From: Novosphingobium sp.
GTDB taxonomy: Bacteria > Pseudomonadota > Alphaproteobacteria > Sphingomonadales > Sphingomonadaceae
Direction of reading: 5' to 3'
Assembly (NCBI GenBank): GCA_031285165.1
Contig: JAITWR010000069.1
Coordinates: forward strand, 677 to 64,676
Length of the DNA stretch: 64,000 nucleotides
Shown: positions 17,778 to 28,285 of the stretch, piece by piece
How positions within the stretch are numbered: position 1 is the stretch's first letter
Layout of the letters: every line of letters starts with the position of its first letter
Made by a program: the position numbers and the translations under genes
Notes under the pieces: generated by a model
Database searches by the model: none
What the model saw: the letters and a program-made list of their open reading frames with translations, nothing else
Told to the model about the DNA's origin: nothing

Positions 17778-19406
17778 ATGACGGAAACATGGGACTATAT
17801 CGTGGTCGGCGCGGGTTCGGCGGGGTGCGTATTGGCGGAAAGGCTGAGTGCCGACGGCAAATCGCGCGTGCTGGTGCTCGAAGCAGGGGGTGAGAACGAC
17901 AGCTTCTGGGTGACCTTGCCCAAGGGCGTGGCCAAGCTGGTGACTCGTCCCAAACATATCTGGACTTATCCGGTCAGCCAGCCGCGGGAGCCGGGCGGCC
18001 CGGTGAACGAGGTCTGGATTCGCGGGAAGGGGCTGGGCGGTTCCTCCGCGATCAATGGCATGATCTGGAGCCGGGGAGAGCCGGCCGACTACGACGCCTG
18101 GGAGGCTGCGGGCGCGACCGGGTGGAATGGCCGGACGATGACCGAGGCCTTTCTGGAACTGGAGGACCACGCTGCCGGTCCCGGCCCCATGCGCGGCGGG
18201 GGCGGGCGGGTCCATGTCGATCCTGCGATCTATTCCTACCCGCTGGCCGAGCGGATCATTGAAACGGGCGAGAGCATGGGCCTTGCTCACGTCGACGATC
18301 TCAACGGAACAGCCGGCCCGCGCGTCGGGCTTTACAGCCATAATATTCGCAAAGGCCGGCGGGAAAGCTCTGCCCGGACCTATCTTGCGCCAGCACGCAA
18401 AAGGCCGAACGTGCGTGTCGTTACCGGCGCACTGGCTGAACGTATTGTGTTCGAGGGCAACCGGGCAGTTGCAGTCGAGGCTTTCGTGAATGGCGAGCTT
18501 CAGCGTTTCGATTGCCGGGGAGAGATCGTTGTTTCCGGGGGAGCGATGGAGAGCCCCTTGCTGTTGCAGCGCTCGGGCATCGGCGATGCGGAGCGGCTGC
18601 GCGAGGCGGGAATCGCTGTCATTGCCCATTCGCCCGATGTCGGCGAACGCATGATCGAGCACCTTTCCATTGCGATGCCTTTCCGGCTGCTCAAGGGTAA
18701 GGGAACCAACCGCAGTTTCTTCGGCCTTGGCCTGCTTGGTGCCATGATGCGCTATTTCGCATTCCACGACGGCGTTATGGCGACCGGACCGTTCGAAGTC
18801 GGCGCGTTCTGCAATGTCGCGCATGGCGACGGGCGCGTGGATGCGCAGCTCTATCTCGGCGGCTATACATTCGAGGTGTCGGACGACAACAATCCGGTGC
18901 CGCTCGACCGGGTCGACCCGCGCCCCGGCGTTACGATCTATGGCCAGCTTTTGCGTCTTACCAGCGAGGGCTCGCTGCGAATCAAGGGGCCGAGCCAGCG
19001 GGATGCGCCGACGATCCTGCCCAACTGGTTGAGTACCGAGCATGACCGGACCTCGGCGGTGAAGCTGATGCGCTACATGCGTGCCTATATGGCTGCGGAG
19101 CCGCTGGGCGGGATGCTCGGCGATGAAGTTCTGCCCGGAGCGCAGGTGCAGAGCGACGACGATCTGCTGGCCAGCTTCCGCCGGCTTTCGAGCTGTGGCC
19201 TTCATGCGATCCGTAGCTGCCGGATGGGAAGCGATGCCCTGGCGGTCGTGGACCCGCGCCTGCGTGTGAACGGTGTTCAGGGTCTGCGCGTGGCCGATTG
19301 CTCGGTCATCCCCGATCATGTTACCGGCAACACCAATGCCCCGGCCATGGCGATCGGCTTGCGGGCGGCGGCGTTGATGCTGGAGGACAGAGGGGGCGGG
19401 CGGTAA
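17778..19406 (+). CDS. GMC oxidoreductase (choline dehydrogenase-like)
   Basis: 'VGAGSAG', 'GLGGSSAINGM', C-terminal 'LRVADCSV...GNTNAP'. Confidence 0.92.
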   Translation: MTETWDYIVVGAGSAGCVLAERLSADGKSRVLVLEAGGENDSFWVTLPKGVAKLVTRPKHIWTYPVSQPREPGGPVNEVWIRGKGLGGSSAINGMIWSRGEPADYDAWEAAGATGWNGRTMTEAFLELEDHAAGPGPMRGGGGRVHVDPAIYSYPLAERIIETGESMGLAHVDDLNGTAGPRVGLYSHNIRKGRRESSARTYLAPARKRPNVRVVTGALAERIVFEGNRAVAVEAFVNGELQRFDCRGEIVVSGGAMESPLLLQRSGIGDAERLREAGIAVIAHSPDVGERMIEHLSIAMPFRLLKGKGTNRSFFGLGLLGAMMRYFAFHDGVMATGPFEVGAFCNVAHGDGRVDAQLYLGGYTFEVSDDNNPVPLDRVDPRPGVTIYGQLLRLTSEGSLRIKGPSQRDAPTILPNWLSTEHDRTSAVKLMRYMRAYMAAEPLGGMLGDEVLPGAQVQSDDDLLASFRRLSSCGLHAIRSCRMGSDALAVVDPRLRVNGVQGLRVADCSVIPDHVTGNTNAPAMAIGLRAAALMLEDRGGGR

Positions 19407-19483
19407 CAATCTGTCTGGAATCGCGCGGATGCGGGCCTTTTCAAACAGGTGCCAGGCAGCGGTCTTGAATAAAGGGAAAGTGC

Positions 19484-20917
19484 ATGTCTCGCGATTATGA
19501 TGTTGTCATCGTTGGCGGCGGCGGTGCCGGCATGTGTGCGGCGATCGAGGCGCGGCTTGCCGGCGCCCGCGTCATGATCGTGGAAGCAGATACCAAACTG
19601 GGCGGTGCGACCGCGCTGTCGGGCGGCGTCTTCTATGCAGCCGGGACCAGCGTGCAGCGCGCCCGCGGTTATGACGACAGCGCCGATGCCATGTTCGCCT
19701 ATGTCATGACGCTCAACCAGTGGCGGGTGAAGCCGGACATATTCCGCATCATCTGTGACCGGAGCGGACCTTGTCTCGAGTGGCTTATCGAACTCGGCGC
19801 GGTCTTTCCTCCGGCACAACTGGTGAAGGGCGGTGTGGAAACGGTTCCGCGTGCCCATCCCAGCGCCGGGGCCGGTTCGGGCATTGCCGACGTGCTGATC
19901 AATCGGGTCGGGGCGATGGGTATCGAGACTGCCCTGACAACGCGGGTGGAGCGGCTGTTGATCGAGGACGGCCGGGTGGTCGGCATTCATGCGCTCGGGA
20001 TCGATCTCAGGGCCGGAGCGGTCGTGCTGACGACAGGAGGGTTCGGCAACTCCCCTGAAATGCGGGCGCGCTTTTTTCCGACGGCTGCCCAGCATGGCGA
20101 ACGTGTCTGGGCCGTCCATGATCCGGCTCCCTATATCGTCGGCGACGGCATCACTCTGGGGGAGGCTGCCGGTGCTGCGATCGTCGGCCATGATACCGGT
20201 TTGCTGCTGCCCAGTTCCGGGCATGGGCGTAATCTTGAACCTTTCATGCCGCCCTGGCTGATGCTGGTGAACCTTGATGCGCAGCGTTTCATGCCTGAAA
20301 TGGCAAGCTATTCCATCACCGGATATGCGCTTAACGAGCAGCCGGAAGCGCGGGCGTGGGCGATTTTCGATGAAGCAGCGCTGCGGACGGCAAGCCATGA
20401 CATCCGCTATCTCGATCCTTACGGGGCGGGCATCAACCTGCCGACATGGGAGGAAGATACGATCCGGCGGCGTGTCGCAAAGGGCGAGGTGCTGGTTGCC
20501 GATACCCTGGACGAACTGGCCTCGCTATGCGGGCTCGACGCCCGGGCGCTGGCCCATAGCGTCGATCGATATAACGCCGACTGTGATGCGAGAGCGGACA
20601 GCCATTTCTTTCAGGAGGAGGAAAAGGCTTTCCCGGTCCGCTCCGGTCCCTTTTATGCCTGTGAGGTCCGCGCTTCGACGATCGGCGTGACAGGGGCTGG
20701 TCTTGATATCGATCGTGAATGCCGGGTTCTGGATAGCGCCGGTATTCCTGTTCCCGGTCTTTACGCCGCAGGCGAGGTTCTGGGCGTGCTGATGGGCAAG
20801 AGATATGCCGGCGGCGGCATGTCGATCGGCCCCGCCGTGGTGCTGGGGCGCGAGGCGGGCGTGCAGGCGGCGGCATATGCCGGCAGCCGGTCAGCCCGTT
20901 TGCCGGAGCAGGGGTGA
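19484..20917 (+). CDS. FAD-dependent oxidoreductase (3-ketosteroid dehydrogenase/flavocytochrome c-like)
   Basis: 'VIVGGGGAG', 'GGATALSGG', 'TTGGF', 'PGLYAAGE'. Confidence 0.85.
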   Translation: MSRDYDVVIVGGGGAGMCAAIEARLAGARVMIVEADTKLGGATALSGGVFYAAGTSVQRARGYDDSADAMFAYVMTLNQWRVKPDIFRIICDRSGPCLEWLIELGAVFPPAQLVKGGVETVPRAHPSAGAGSGIADVLINRVGAMGIETALTTRVERLLIEDGRVVGIHALGIDLRAGAVVLTTGGFGNSPEMRARFFPTAAQHGERVWAVHDPAPYIVGDGITLGEAAGAAIVGHDTGLLLPSSGHGRNLEPFMPPWLMLVNLDAQRFMPEMASYSITGYALNEQPEARAWAIFDEAALRTASHDIRYLDPYGAGINLPTWEEDTIRRRVAKGEVLVADTLDELASLCGLDARALAHSVDRYNADCDARADSHFFQEEEKAFPVRSGPFYACEVRASTIGVTGAGLDIDRECRVLDSAGIPVPGLYAAGEVLGVLMGKRYAGGGMSIGPAVVLGREAGVQAAAYAGSRSARLPEQG

Positions 20918-20921
20918 GAAC

Positions 20922-21662
20922 ATGAGGCTTGCGGAAAAGCAGATACTGGTGACTGGCGCTGCTTCGGGGTTGGGGGCGGCGATGGCGCGTCGCTTCGTTG
21001 CCGAAGGCGCGGCGGTCGTGATTGCCGATATCGCTGTCGAGGATGGCGAGGCGCTGGCGGCGGAGCTGGGGCCGCGCGCGCGATTTGCCCGCCTCGACGT
21101 TACTCGGGAAGCTGGTTGGCAGGAGGTTCTGGCCGGCTGTCAGCGGCTCGATGTGCTGGTCAATAATGCGGGGATTACCACTCTCGGATCGGTCGAGGAT
21201 ATTACGCTCGACCAGTTCCGGCATGAATTCGACGTGGATGTGGTCGGCGTGTTTCTGGGGTGCAAATATGTCATTCCACTCATGAAAGAGCGTGGCGGGT
21301 CACTGATCAACATAGCGTCGATGTGCGGCGTTCGGGCACAGCCGGATCTGTTCGCCTATAATGCGGCGAAGGCGGCGGTCATCCATATGACCAGGTCGGT
21401 CGCGCTTCATTGCGCCTCCCGGCGCTATGGCATCCGTTGCAATGCGATCCTGCCGGGAATGATCGAGACACCGATTCAGGAAAAGGTGCTGTCGCAGAGC
21501 GGAAATCGGGATGCCGTTTATGCGGCATGGGTGGCCGGACACCCCATCGGCCGGCTTGGCAGACCCGAGGAGATCGCGGCGATGGCGGTTTATCTCGCAT
21601 CCGATGAAGCCGCTTTTACGACCGGCGCGGAATTCCGCGTCGATGGCGGCAGCTCGCTTTGA
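20922..21662 (+). CDS. SDR oxidoreductase
   Basis: TGAASGLG, NNAG and YNAAK motifs. Confidence 0.9.
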   Translation: MRLAEKQILVTGAASGLGAAMARRFVAEGAAVVIADIAVEDGEALAAELGPRARFARLDVTREAGWQEVLAGCQRLDVLVNNAGITTLGSVEDITLDQFRHEFDVDVVGVFLGCKYVIPLMKERGGSLINIASMCGVRAQPDLFAYNAAKAAVIHMTRSVALHCASRRYGIRCNAILPGMIETPIQEKVLSQSGNRDAVYAAWVAGHPIGRLGRPEEIAAMAVYLASDEAAFTTGAEFRVDGGSSL

Positions 21663-21740
21663 AAGTGTGACCGGCCCCCGCTGTACAGCGATACCGGGAG
21701 CAAGGCAGTTGCCCCCGGCATTCGCCTTCCGGCTGTGCGA

Positions 21741-23084
21741 TCAGCGGCGCCCTTCCAGATAGTCGTTGAGCACCTCGTGAAAACGACGCACGCGGGTTTC
21801 CTGGGCGGCAAGATAGGCGTCCTCGAACGCCATTGAATGCAGCCCGCGCTGCTGGGTTTCGGCGAGCGACAGATCCTGCGAGAGAAAATCGCCCTGGGCG
21901 ATCTCGGTCCTGTAGTTGTCGAACGATCCGGTTTCGTGTCCGGCTTCTTCGTAGGGGCGCATACCGTAAAGCGTTGCAACCTCGCTGGCGCCTTCGATGG
22001 GCGGCACCAGATACCAGTAGTCGAATGTCGACCAGTTCGGATCTTCCGCGTCCGGCTCGGTCCTGAAGATGTGGAGCCCTTCCGGGGTGCCCGTCATGGT
22101 CAGGTTCGGGAAGCAGGTGTGATGGATCTGGTCGGTCAGCTCGTCGTCCAGCATTTTCTCGAAGTAGTGGAAACCGCGCTTCGGACCAAGCTGGCGGCGT
22201 GCCTGTTGCAGCGCCACGCGAGCATCCTGTGCACGGCCTTCGTAGAGTTCCGGGTCGATGTCCCATTCCCTGAGCACTTCGGCCCAGAGCGGTTTGACAT
22301 TGGCCGCATCGGGCGCCCGGCTGGATGGTTGCAGTTTCTCGATCATGCGATTGTGACCGCTCGGATACATCTCGAACAGGGTATTCGCATAGTGATCGTC
22401 GATCATCGGCATGAATTGCGGGTGGACCGCCGGAATGTGGTAGGCTTCGTTGAAATTGTCCGAGGCGAATTTCCAGTTGGTTTTGACGCGAAGCGTGCGC
22501 CAGACAACCCGGGTGTGATTGTGAAGATCGCGATTGGCCAGAAGTTCCGGGATCGGCGCGAGATATTCCTGTAGCGGCGGGGCGTCGCGATCGAAGCTCC
22601 AGAATATGAAACCGGCCCAGGTTTCGCACCGCAGTTCTTTCAGGCGGAGTTTGCCGCAGGGGGAACCCTGGGGAAAGTCCTCCTCGTCCTGCACCCAGTC
22701 GAGCGCACCGTCCATGTTCCATTTCCAGCCGTGATACGGGCAGGTGAAGTGGCTGACGACACCCCCTTCGGGAGCGGTGACGAGCTGGTTGCCACGGTGC
22801 AGGCAGACGTTGAAAAAGGCTTTGATCGAGCCGTCCTTCTGGCGGACCATGATGATCGATTCATGTTTGAAGTTATGGACGATGAAATCGCCGGCTTCTT
22901 CGATCTGGCTTTCGCGCCCGCCAAGGTGCCAGATGCGCTTCCACATCTTTTCCCATTCACGCTCGGCGAAGTCTTTCGACCAGTAACGATCACCCGTGAT
23001 CTTGTCGCCGCGCGCGCGCGGGGTTTCCGCGGATGGATGGTCGGGGTAACTTTTCCCCGTCACGGGGCTATCGAAGTCAGCCAT
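21741..23084 (-). CDS. Rieske non-heme iron oxygenase alpha subunit
   Basis: CLH...CPYH Rieske ligands; 'EAYHIPAVH' mononuclear Fe site. Confidence 0.92.
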   Translation of the reverse strand: MADFDSPVTGKSYPDHPSAETPRARGDKITGDRYWSKDFAEREWEKMWKRIWHLGGRESQIEEAGDFIVHNFKHESIIMVRQKDGSIKAFFNVCLHRGNQLVTAPEGGVVSHFTCPYHGWKWNMDGALDWVQDEEDFPQGSPCGKLRLKELRCETWAGFIFWSFDRDAPPLQEYLAPIPELLANRDLHNHTRVVWRTLRVKTNWKFASDNFNEAYHIPAVHPQFMPMIDDHYANTLFEMYPSGHNRMIEKLQPSSRAPDAANVKPLWAEVLREWDIDPELYEGRAQDARVALQQARRQLGPKRGFHYFEKMLDDELTDQIHHTCFPNLTMTGTPEGLHIFRTEPDAEDPNWSTFDYWYLVPPIEGASEVATLYGMRPYEEAGHETGSFDNYRTEIAQGDFLSQDLSLAETQQRGLHSMAFEDAYLAAQETRVRRFHEVLNDYLEGRR

Positions 23085-23108
23085 CGTTTTTCTCCCTTGG
23101 AGCAGAAA

Positions 23109-23555
23109 TCAGCGATCACCGTGGATGTCGGTGAGGGAGCCGGGCATCGGCATGCCCCCGAGGATGAAATACTGTTCGCATTTCCAGCCGTCCTGCTGTT
23201 TTACGCAGTCCATGCGGTAACGAACATGGACCAGCACTTCATTGCCATCCTTTGCGCGGCCGAGCCCCTGAACGTAGGCGCGCATGGTCGCCTTGCTGCC
23301 GTCATAGCTGTCCAGCCTGAAATTGCTGATGTAATGGGTGTGATGGCTCATATCGGCAAAGACGCTTTCGAAAAACGCCCGGTGTTCGGCGCGGCCCCGC
23401 ATCAGGGGCAGGCCGATGTCGGAGAAATCGAGCACGGCGTCTTCCGTGAAAAGGGCAAGCAGATCATCCACGTCCGTCAGTTTGTCGACGGCGTAGCAAT
23501 AGTCGGTCATCAGATCCTGGATGGCTATGCGTTCTTCAAGCGGAATGCGGCTCAT
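23109..23555 (-). CDS. SnoaL-like/NTF2-family protein (paralog of 15713)
   Basis: 'DYCYAVD...FTEDAVLD', 'MSHHTHYISNF'. Confidence 0.85.
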   Translation of the reverse strand: MSRIPLEERIAIQDLMTDYCYAVDKLTDVDDLLALFTEDAVLDFSDIGLPLMRGRAEHRAFFESVFADMSHHTHYISNFRLDSYDGSKATMRAYVQGLGRAKDGNEVLVHVRYRMDCVKQQDGWKCEQYFILGGMPMPGSLTDIHGDR

Positions 23556-23577
23556 CGGACTCTACTCCTATGTGTGT

Positions 23578-24117
23578 TCAGGGTTTCGGCCATGCCGGCC
23601 AATCGCGGGTCTGGCTGAAATCCGCGCCGCGCCGCGCGCCGCGGGGCAGGCCGGGATTGTCGGTAAGAAAGGCGTCGGCAGCCGGGTCGGTGCGCGCCCA
23701 GTCGATCAGTTCCCGACGGCGGGAAATGCGCCACTCGCCGCCACGGCAGCTATATTCGTCGATATAGCGGCCTGCGACCGAGAGATCCCTGGGCTCGCCA
23801 TCCTCCCGGATGCGATGCCACGCATAGAAATAGACCTCGCCCGAAGCGGTGTCCCCGTGCAGGTCGATGGTGACCTGGCCGATGATGTGCTGGCTGCTTT
23901 CGAGATCGGCAAGAAAGCCCTGGGCGAAATCGACGAACTCGGCCGCGCTGCCCTGCATCAATCCGCAATCGACGTAAGCATCGGCATGAAAAGCGGACAG
24001 ATGCAGGTCACGGTCCAGCCGGTCCTGCCCGCGCATGTAGCGGGCAAGCGCCGCTTGAATGTCACGCCGGGCGGCAAGATCCCGGACTTCGGCTTCAAGA
24101 TCGAATGAAAGGCTCAT
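23578..24117 (-). CDS. SnoaL-like (SnoaL_4/LinA-like) protein
   Basis: 'RYMRGQDRLD', 'GRYIDEY..RGGEWRISRR'. Confidence 0.85.
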   Translation of the reverse strand: MSLSFDLEAEVRDLAARRDIQAALARYMRGQDRLDRDLHLSAFHADAYVDCGLMQGSAAEFVDFAQGFLADLESSQHIIGQVTIDLHGDTASGEVYFYAWHRIREDGEPRDLSVAGRYIDEYSCRGGEWRISRRRELIDWARTDPAADAFLTDNPGLPRGARRGADFSQTRDWPAWPKP

Positions 24118-24127
24118 CCTGGCGCGC

Positions 24128-25531
24128 TCACTGTGCAAGATATTTGTCGACGGTCATCTGGAAGTGGCGGATGCGCGCTTCCTGATAGTTGCCGAGCACC
24201 TCGACGCCCGTTCCACTCGCGCGGACGCCTTGTTGCTGGGCGCGCAGATTGTCCGTGTCCTGATCGTAAACCGCGCCGATGCCGGGATCGATGCCGGGAA
24301 CGGTCGTATAGCTTTCGTGCTCGCGAACCAGATGGAGTTCGGCCGGTTCCGGCGGCTCGCCCTGCGCGGGATTCGGGCGCATGAACAGAATTTCGAACAG
24401 GGTGCGGTTGGGGTCACTGTCGATCGGGCGGAAACGATACACCATGGGGAGCGAAATGCCCGGAAACAGAACCATGTTCGGAAAAACGTGATATTCGATC
24501 GTATCGATGATTTCGCTGTCCGACAGTGCGGACAGGTCGACCTTGTATTTCCCGCCCAGCACGTCGCGCAGGAATCGCGCCATCACGGTTCGCGCCGTCT
24601 CGCCTTCTTTCACCGCCAGGCTGTCGTCGACCACCGAGCGGTCGCCGACGAGCATGGCATCGACCAGTTCCTGTTCGGACAGGGGCTCGGCCAGATGGGG
24701 CGAATTGACGCCGCCCGCCGCATAGAAGCGTGTCACATGGTCGCTGTGGATGTCATACTGGACATTGGCGTCGCCCGTGCCCCTGAGCAGTTGCGGATGG
24801 GTTTCCAGCACATGATAGGATTCAAGGAAGGCTTCCTGCGCCATTTTCCAGTTGCAGGGCAGCTCTTTGGCCATGTGCAGTTCGACGAAGCGGTCGGCCA
24901 TGTCCCACCCGGAAAAATGCTCGGGCAGCGGAGCGAGAAATGTTTCGAGGTCCGGCCCGTCATGCGACGGGTTGATGAAGACGAAGCCGCCCCAGTGGCC
25001 GACACGCACTTCGGGCAGGGCGAATTCGCCGGGGGTGACATGGGTGAAATCCCAGGCACAGGGAACGGCTTTCAGCGATCCGTCATTGTCCCATTCCCAG
25101 CCGTGATAAGGGCAGCGCAGCGATCGGGAACTGCCGATGCCTTCAGCGCGCTTGAGCTTGGTTGCGCGGTGAAGGCACGAATTGATGAAGCCCTTTACGC
25201 TCATGTCCTGCTGACGGACGACGACGTAGGAGAGGTGCGCAACCTCATAGGTATAATAATCGCCCGGCTCGGGAATATGCTCCTCACGGCAGACCCACTG
25301 CCAGCAGCGCTTCCAGATGCGTTCGATCTCGCGGTCGAAGATGGACTGGTCATAGTAGCGGTCCAGCGAAACCGGCGCGCTGCCGAGAAAAACCGGCTGT
25401 TCCATGCGGAGCACCGGGGGCGGAGGCAGAAGATCGGTTGCCACGATTTCCTGCACCGTTGCGCCGGGGCACCGCGCGGTCGCGGCGTCGACGTTTTCCG
25501 GCAGACCATGCGGTCGAACTGCGCTGCGCAT
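24128..25531 (-). CDS. Rieske oxygenase alpha subunit
   Basis: CLH...CPYH; 'ESYHVLETH'. Confidence 0.92.
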   Translation of the reverse strand: MRSAVRPHGLPENVDAATARCPGATVQEIVATDLLPPPPVLRMEQPVFLGSAPVSLDRYYDQSIFDREIERIWKRCWQWVCREEHIPEPGDYYTYEVAHLSYVVVRQQDMSVKGFINSCLHRATKLKRAEGIGSSRSLRCPYHGWEWDNDGSLKAVPCAWDFTHVTPGEFALPEVRVGHWGGFVFINPSHDGPDLETFLAPLPEHFSGWDMADRFVELHMAKELPCNWKMAQEAFLESYHVLETHPQLLRGTGDANVQYDIHSDHVTRFYAAGGVNSPHLAEPLSEQELVDAMLVGDRSVVDDSLAVKEGETARTVMARFLRDVLGGKYKVDLSALSDSEIIDTIEYHVFPNMVLFPGISLPMVYRFRPIDSDPNRTLFEILFMRPNPAQGEPPEPAELHLVREHESYTTVPGIDPGIGAVYDQDTDNLRAQQQGVRASGTGVEVLGNYQEARIRHFQMTVDKYLAQ

Positions 25532-25594
25532 TGCTTTGCCTTCCTTGCCTTTTCTCGAATGCCGCCGTTTGTATCCCGAGGCGGGGCGGATAGA

Positions 25595-25642
25595 ACCTGA
25601 CTTTTGCAATAGGCCGCCCGCCCCCTAGCCAAAATCGCAGTA
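25595..25642. promoter_or_regulatory. Two lux-box-like sites in a divergent promoter
   Basis: ACCTGACTTTTGCAATAGGC (25595-25614) and CCCTAGCCAAAATCGCAGTA (25623-25642). Confidence 0.6.
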
Positions 25643-25716
25643 TCGAGTGGCAGGCCCTGCGTGCAGTTGAGATGCTGTGCCACGTCGAGGGAAAGCCGAT
25701 GGCCAAGGGAGGGTAT

Positions 25717-28092
25717 ATGGTCAGTTCACGTATGATATTGAGCGTCGGCATTTCCGTGTTCGCCATGATGGCTTTGCCTGCCTGGGCGCAAGACGGGGCC
25801 GCTGCGGCATCTTCTTCGCCGGCGGAGGCCGGCGAAACGGCCGAGTCCGGAGGCATTGCCGAAATCATCGTGACAGCTCAGAAAAGAGCGGAAAATCTCC
25901 AGGTCGTGCCCATCTCGATCGCCGCCATCGGGGCGCAGGCCATCGAGGACCAGCACGCGACGACGATTCAGGGGCTGCAAGGCTCGATTCCCAACGTCCA
26001 GATCGGCAATTTCTCCAACACGCCGCAAAATGCGGTATTCACCATCCGCGGCATCGGGGTCATCGAATCCGATCCTTATGCCGGCAACACGGTTGGCGTC
26101 GTGGTCGACGGGGTGCCCCAGTTCTTTTCGATGGGCGCGCTGGTCGATCTCTATGATGTCGAGCGGATCGAGGTTTTGCGCGGTCCGCAGGGAACACTGT
26201 TCGGGGCGAACACTACGGGCGGTGTCGTCAATATCATCAACAACCAGCCCAAAAACGAGTTCGGCGGACGGTTCGATCTCAGTTACGGCAATTACGGCCA
26301 TATCCAGGCCGGCGGTGTCATCAATGTTCCTGTTACCGATGAACTGGCGGCGCGTTTCGTCATGTCGCATGATGGGCGCAAAGGCTGGGTAACGAATGTC
26401 GTCAACGGCAAGGATCTGGGAAAACGTGATGTTACGGTTTTCCGCGGCGCCTTGAAATATTCGCCCTCGTCCGATTTCACTGCGGTCCTGGCGGCGGAAT
26501 ATGATCGCTCCCGTAATGGTGCGCCGGTCGTGGTGGCCGGTGATACGCCGGCGGATGTGCAGTATGTCCCCCAGGGTTTCCGCAATATGTATGCCTCTCC
26601 GTGCCTGCCTGCGGGGCAACGCTGCACGGCACCGGATAAATACTATTCGGCAATGGACCCCGGCGCGCTGGATGCAAACGGCAATCCTGTCGAAGACCTT
26701 CAGGACCGGAGCGATATGGATACCTATCGCACCACCTTGACTCTCAACATCAACAATACCGCTATCGGTGATATCACATCGATTACCGGCTACAAGCATT
26801 TCAAGTTGCTGGAATATACCGATCAGGACGGCACGCCGGTATTTCTGGATGACACGCGGCGGCGGACAAAGGGCTGGCAGTTCAGTCAGGAATTGCGCAC
26901 CAGCGCCGCCTTGTCCGACCATATCAATATAACTGCGGGCGCCTTTTTCCTGAAGAGCCATTACGACCATCGCCAGGATCTGCGCATCAACTTTGGTGGC
27001 GGCGTTACTTACGATCTTGCAACGGAAGAAGTGACTTACGGGTTGCCGGGCCTGTTTCAGCTCAATCTTCAGGATCAGGACAATTATTCGATCTCCGGTT
27101 TTGCCCAGGCCTATTTCGATCTGACCGACCGCCTGAAATTGCAGGCCGGTATCCGCTATACCTATGAAAAGACCGAAATGCTGGCGTCGACTGTCACGAC
27201 GCTGGCTGCCGGCGGCATCACGACTTTCGATGGCACGGCGCCCGACGGCACGCCGAATATTCCTGTCGATGAAGTCGCACCGCCCAGAGGCAAGAAATCC
27301 TGGAGCAATGTCGGCTGGAGACTCGGCCTGGACTATCGCGCCACGGACGACATCCTGCTTTACGGTTACTGGGCGCGGGGCTTCAAATCCGGGGGCTTTA
27401 CGGGTCGGATCGGCATTGCCGAGGATCTCGGCCCTTATGATCCCGAGCATATCGACACCTTCGAGGTGGGTATCAAGGCGGATCTTCTCGACCGCCGCCT
27501 GCGCGCAAACCTCGCGGCGTTTTATACCAATTACCGCGACATGCAGTTGGCCCAGATATATTTTCTCGGGACAGTCCAGGGCAACACGATTCTCAATGTC
27601 GCAAGTTCCAGGATCAAGGGTTTCGAGGCGGAACTGGTCGCTGCGCCTTTCCGCGGGCTGACGCTTAACGCATCGCTTGCCTACCTGTCGGCCAGGTACA
27701 AGGATTTCAATTATCTTCTGCCTTCCGGGGGCTCGCTCGACCTTTCGGGACAGCGATTGCAGAATGCTCCCAAATGGACGAGTTCCATCGGTTTCAACTG
27801 GGAGTTTCCGATCGGGGATATGCAGGGGCGCGCCGGAGCGCAATACAATTACAGCAGCGAGAAGCTCAATTCCTCAATCGTGGATTCCGCACGTGCGACC
27901 ATTCAGCCGACGCATATCGTGAACGCCAATTTCGATCTGAAGATAAACCAGCAGTTCACGGTCGGAGTATGGGGAACCAATATTTTCGACAACCGCTATA
28001 TGAACAGTGTTCTCGACCTGCCCGGAACACTCGGTGTCGCGAACTATGCGCCGCCGCGGCAATATGGTGTTTCGGGTAAAATCACTTTCTAG
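25717..28092 (+). CDS. TonB-dependent receptor (paralog 2)
   Basis: Signal peptide, 'EIIVTAQKR', 'RIEVLRGPQGTLFG', C-terminal Phe. Confidence 0.92.
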   Translation: MVSSRMILSVGISVFAMMALPAWAQDGAAAASSSPAEAGETAESGGIAEIIVTAQKRAENLQVVPISIAAIGAQAIEDQHATTIQGLQGSIPNVQIGNFSNTPQNAVFTIRGIGVIESDPYAGNTVGVVVDGVPQFFSMGALVDLYDVERIEVLRGPQGTLFGANTTGGVVNIINNQPKNEFGGRFDLSYGNYGHIQAGGVINVPVTDELAARFVMSHDGRKGWVTNVVNGKDLGKRDVTVFRGALKYSPSSDFTAVLAAEYDRSRNGAPVVVAGDTPADVQYVPQGFRNMYASPCLPAGQRCTAPDKYYSAMDPGALDANGNPVEDLQDRSDMDTYRTTLTLNINNTAIGDITSITGYKHFKLLEYTDQDGTPVFLDDTRRRTKGWQFSQELRTSAALSDHINITAGAFFLKSHYDHRQDLRINFGGGVTYDLATEEVTYGLPGLFQLNLQDQDNYSISGFAQAYFDLTDRLKLQAGIRYTYEKTEMLASTVTTLAAGGITTFDGTAPDGTPNIPVDEVAPPRGKKSWSNVGWRLGLDYRATDDILLYGYWARGFKSGGFTGRIGIAEDLGPYDPEHIDTFEVGIKADLLDRRLRANLAAFYTNYRDMQLAQIYFLGTVQGNTILNVASSRIKGFEAELVAAPFRGLTLNASLAYLSARYKDFNYLLPSGGSLDLSGQRLQNAPKWTSSIGFNWEFPIGDMQGRAGAQYNYSSEKLNSSIVDSARATIQPTHIVNANFDLKINQQFTVGVWGTNIFDNRYMNSVLDLPGTLGVANYAPPRQYGVSGKITF

Positions 28093-28195
28093 AGCATCGT
28101 GCGCAAAAGTGGGAACCGGTTTTGCGCAAAAAACGATGCGACATCAAAAACCTGGAGCAAACTGCGTGATCCATAAATCACGCAGTTTGCTCTAG
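28089..28195. repeat. RIME/CIR-like miniature inverted-repeat element (about 107 bp)
   Basis: Terminal inverted repeats CTAGAGCA...TGCTCTAG; internal hairpins GCGCAAAA-GTGGGAACCGG-TTTTGCGC and the perfect 16-bp GAGCAAACTGCGTGAT/ATCACGCAGTTTGCTC. Its left end supplies the receptor's TAG stop. Confidence 0.75.
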
Positions 28196-28285
28196 AAGAA
28201 TGATGGGGCTCCACGGGTGTTGCCGTGGGCCTGTCGTCAGTTTCCCGGCGGAATAGTCTGGTCGGTCGAAGACAGGAGAGAGACA

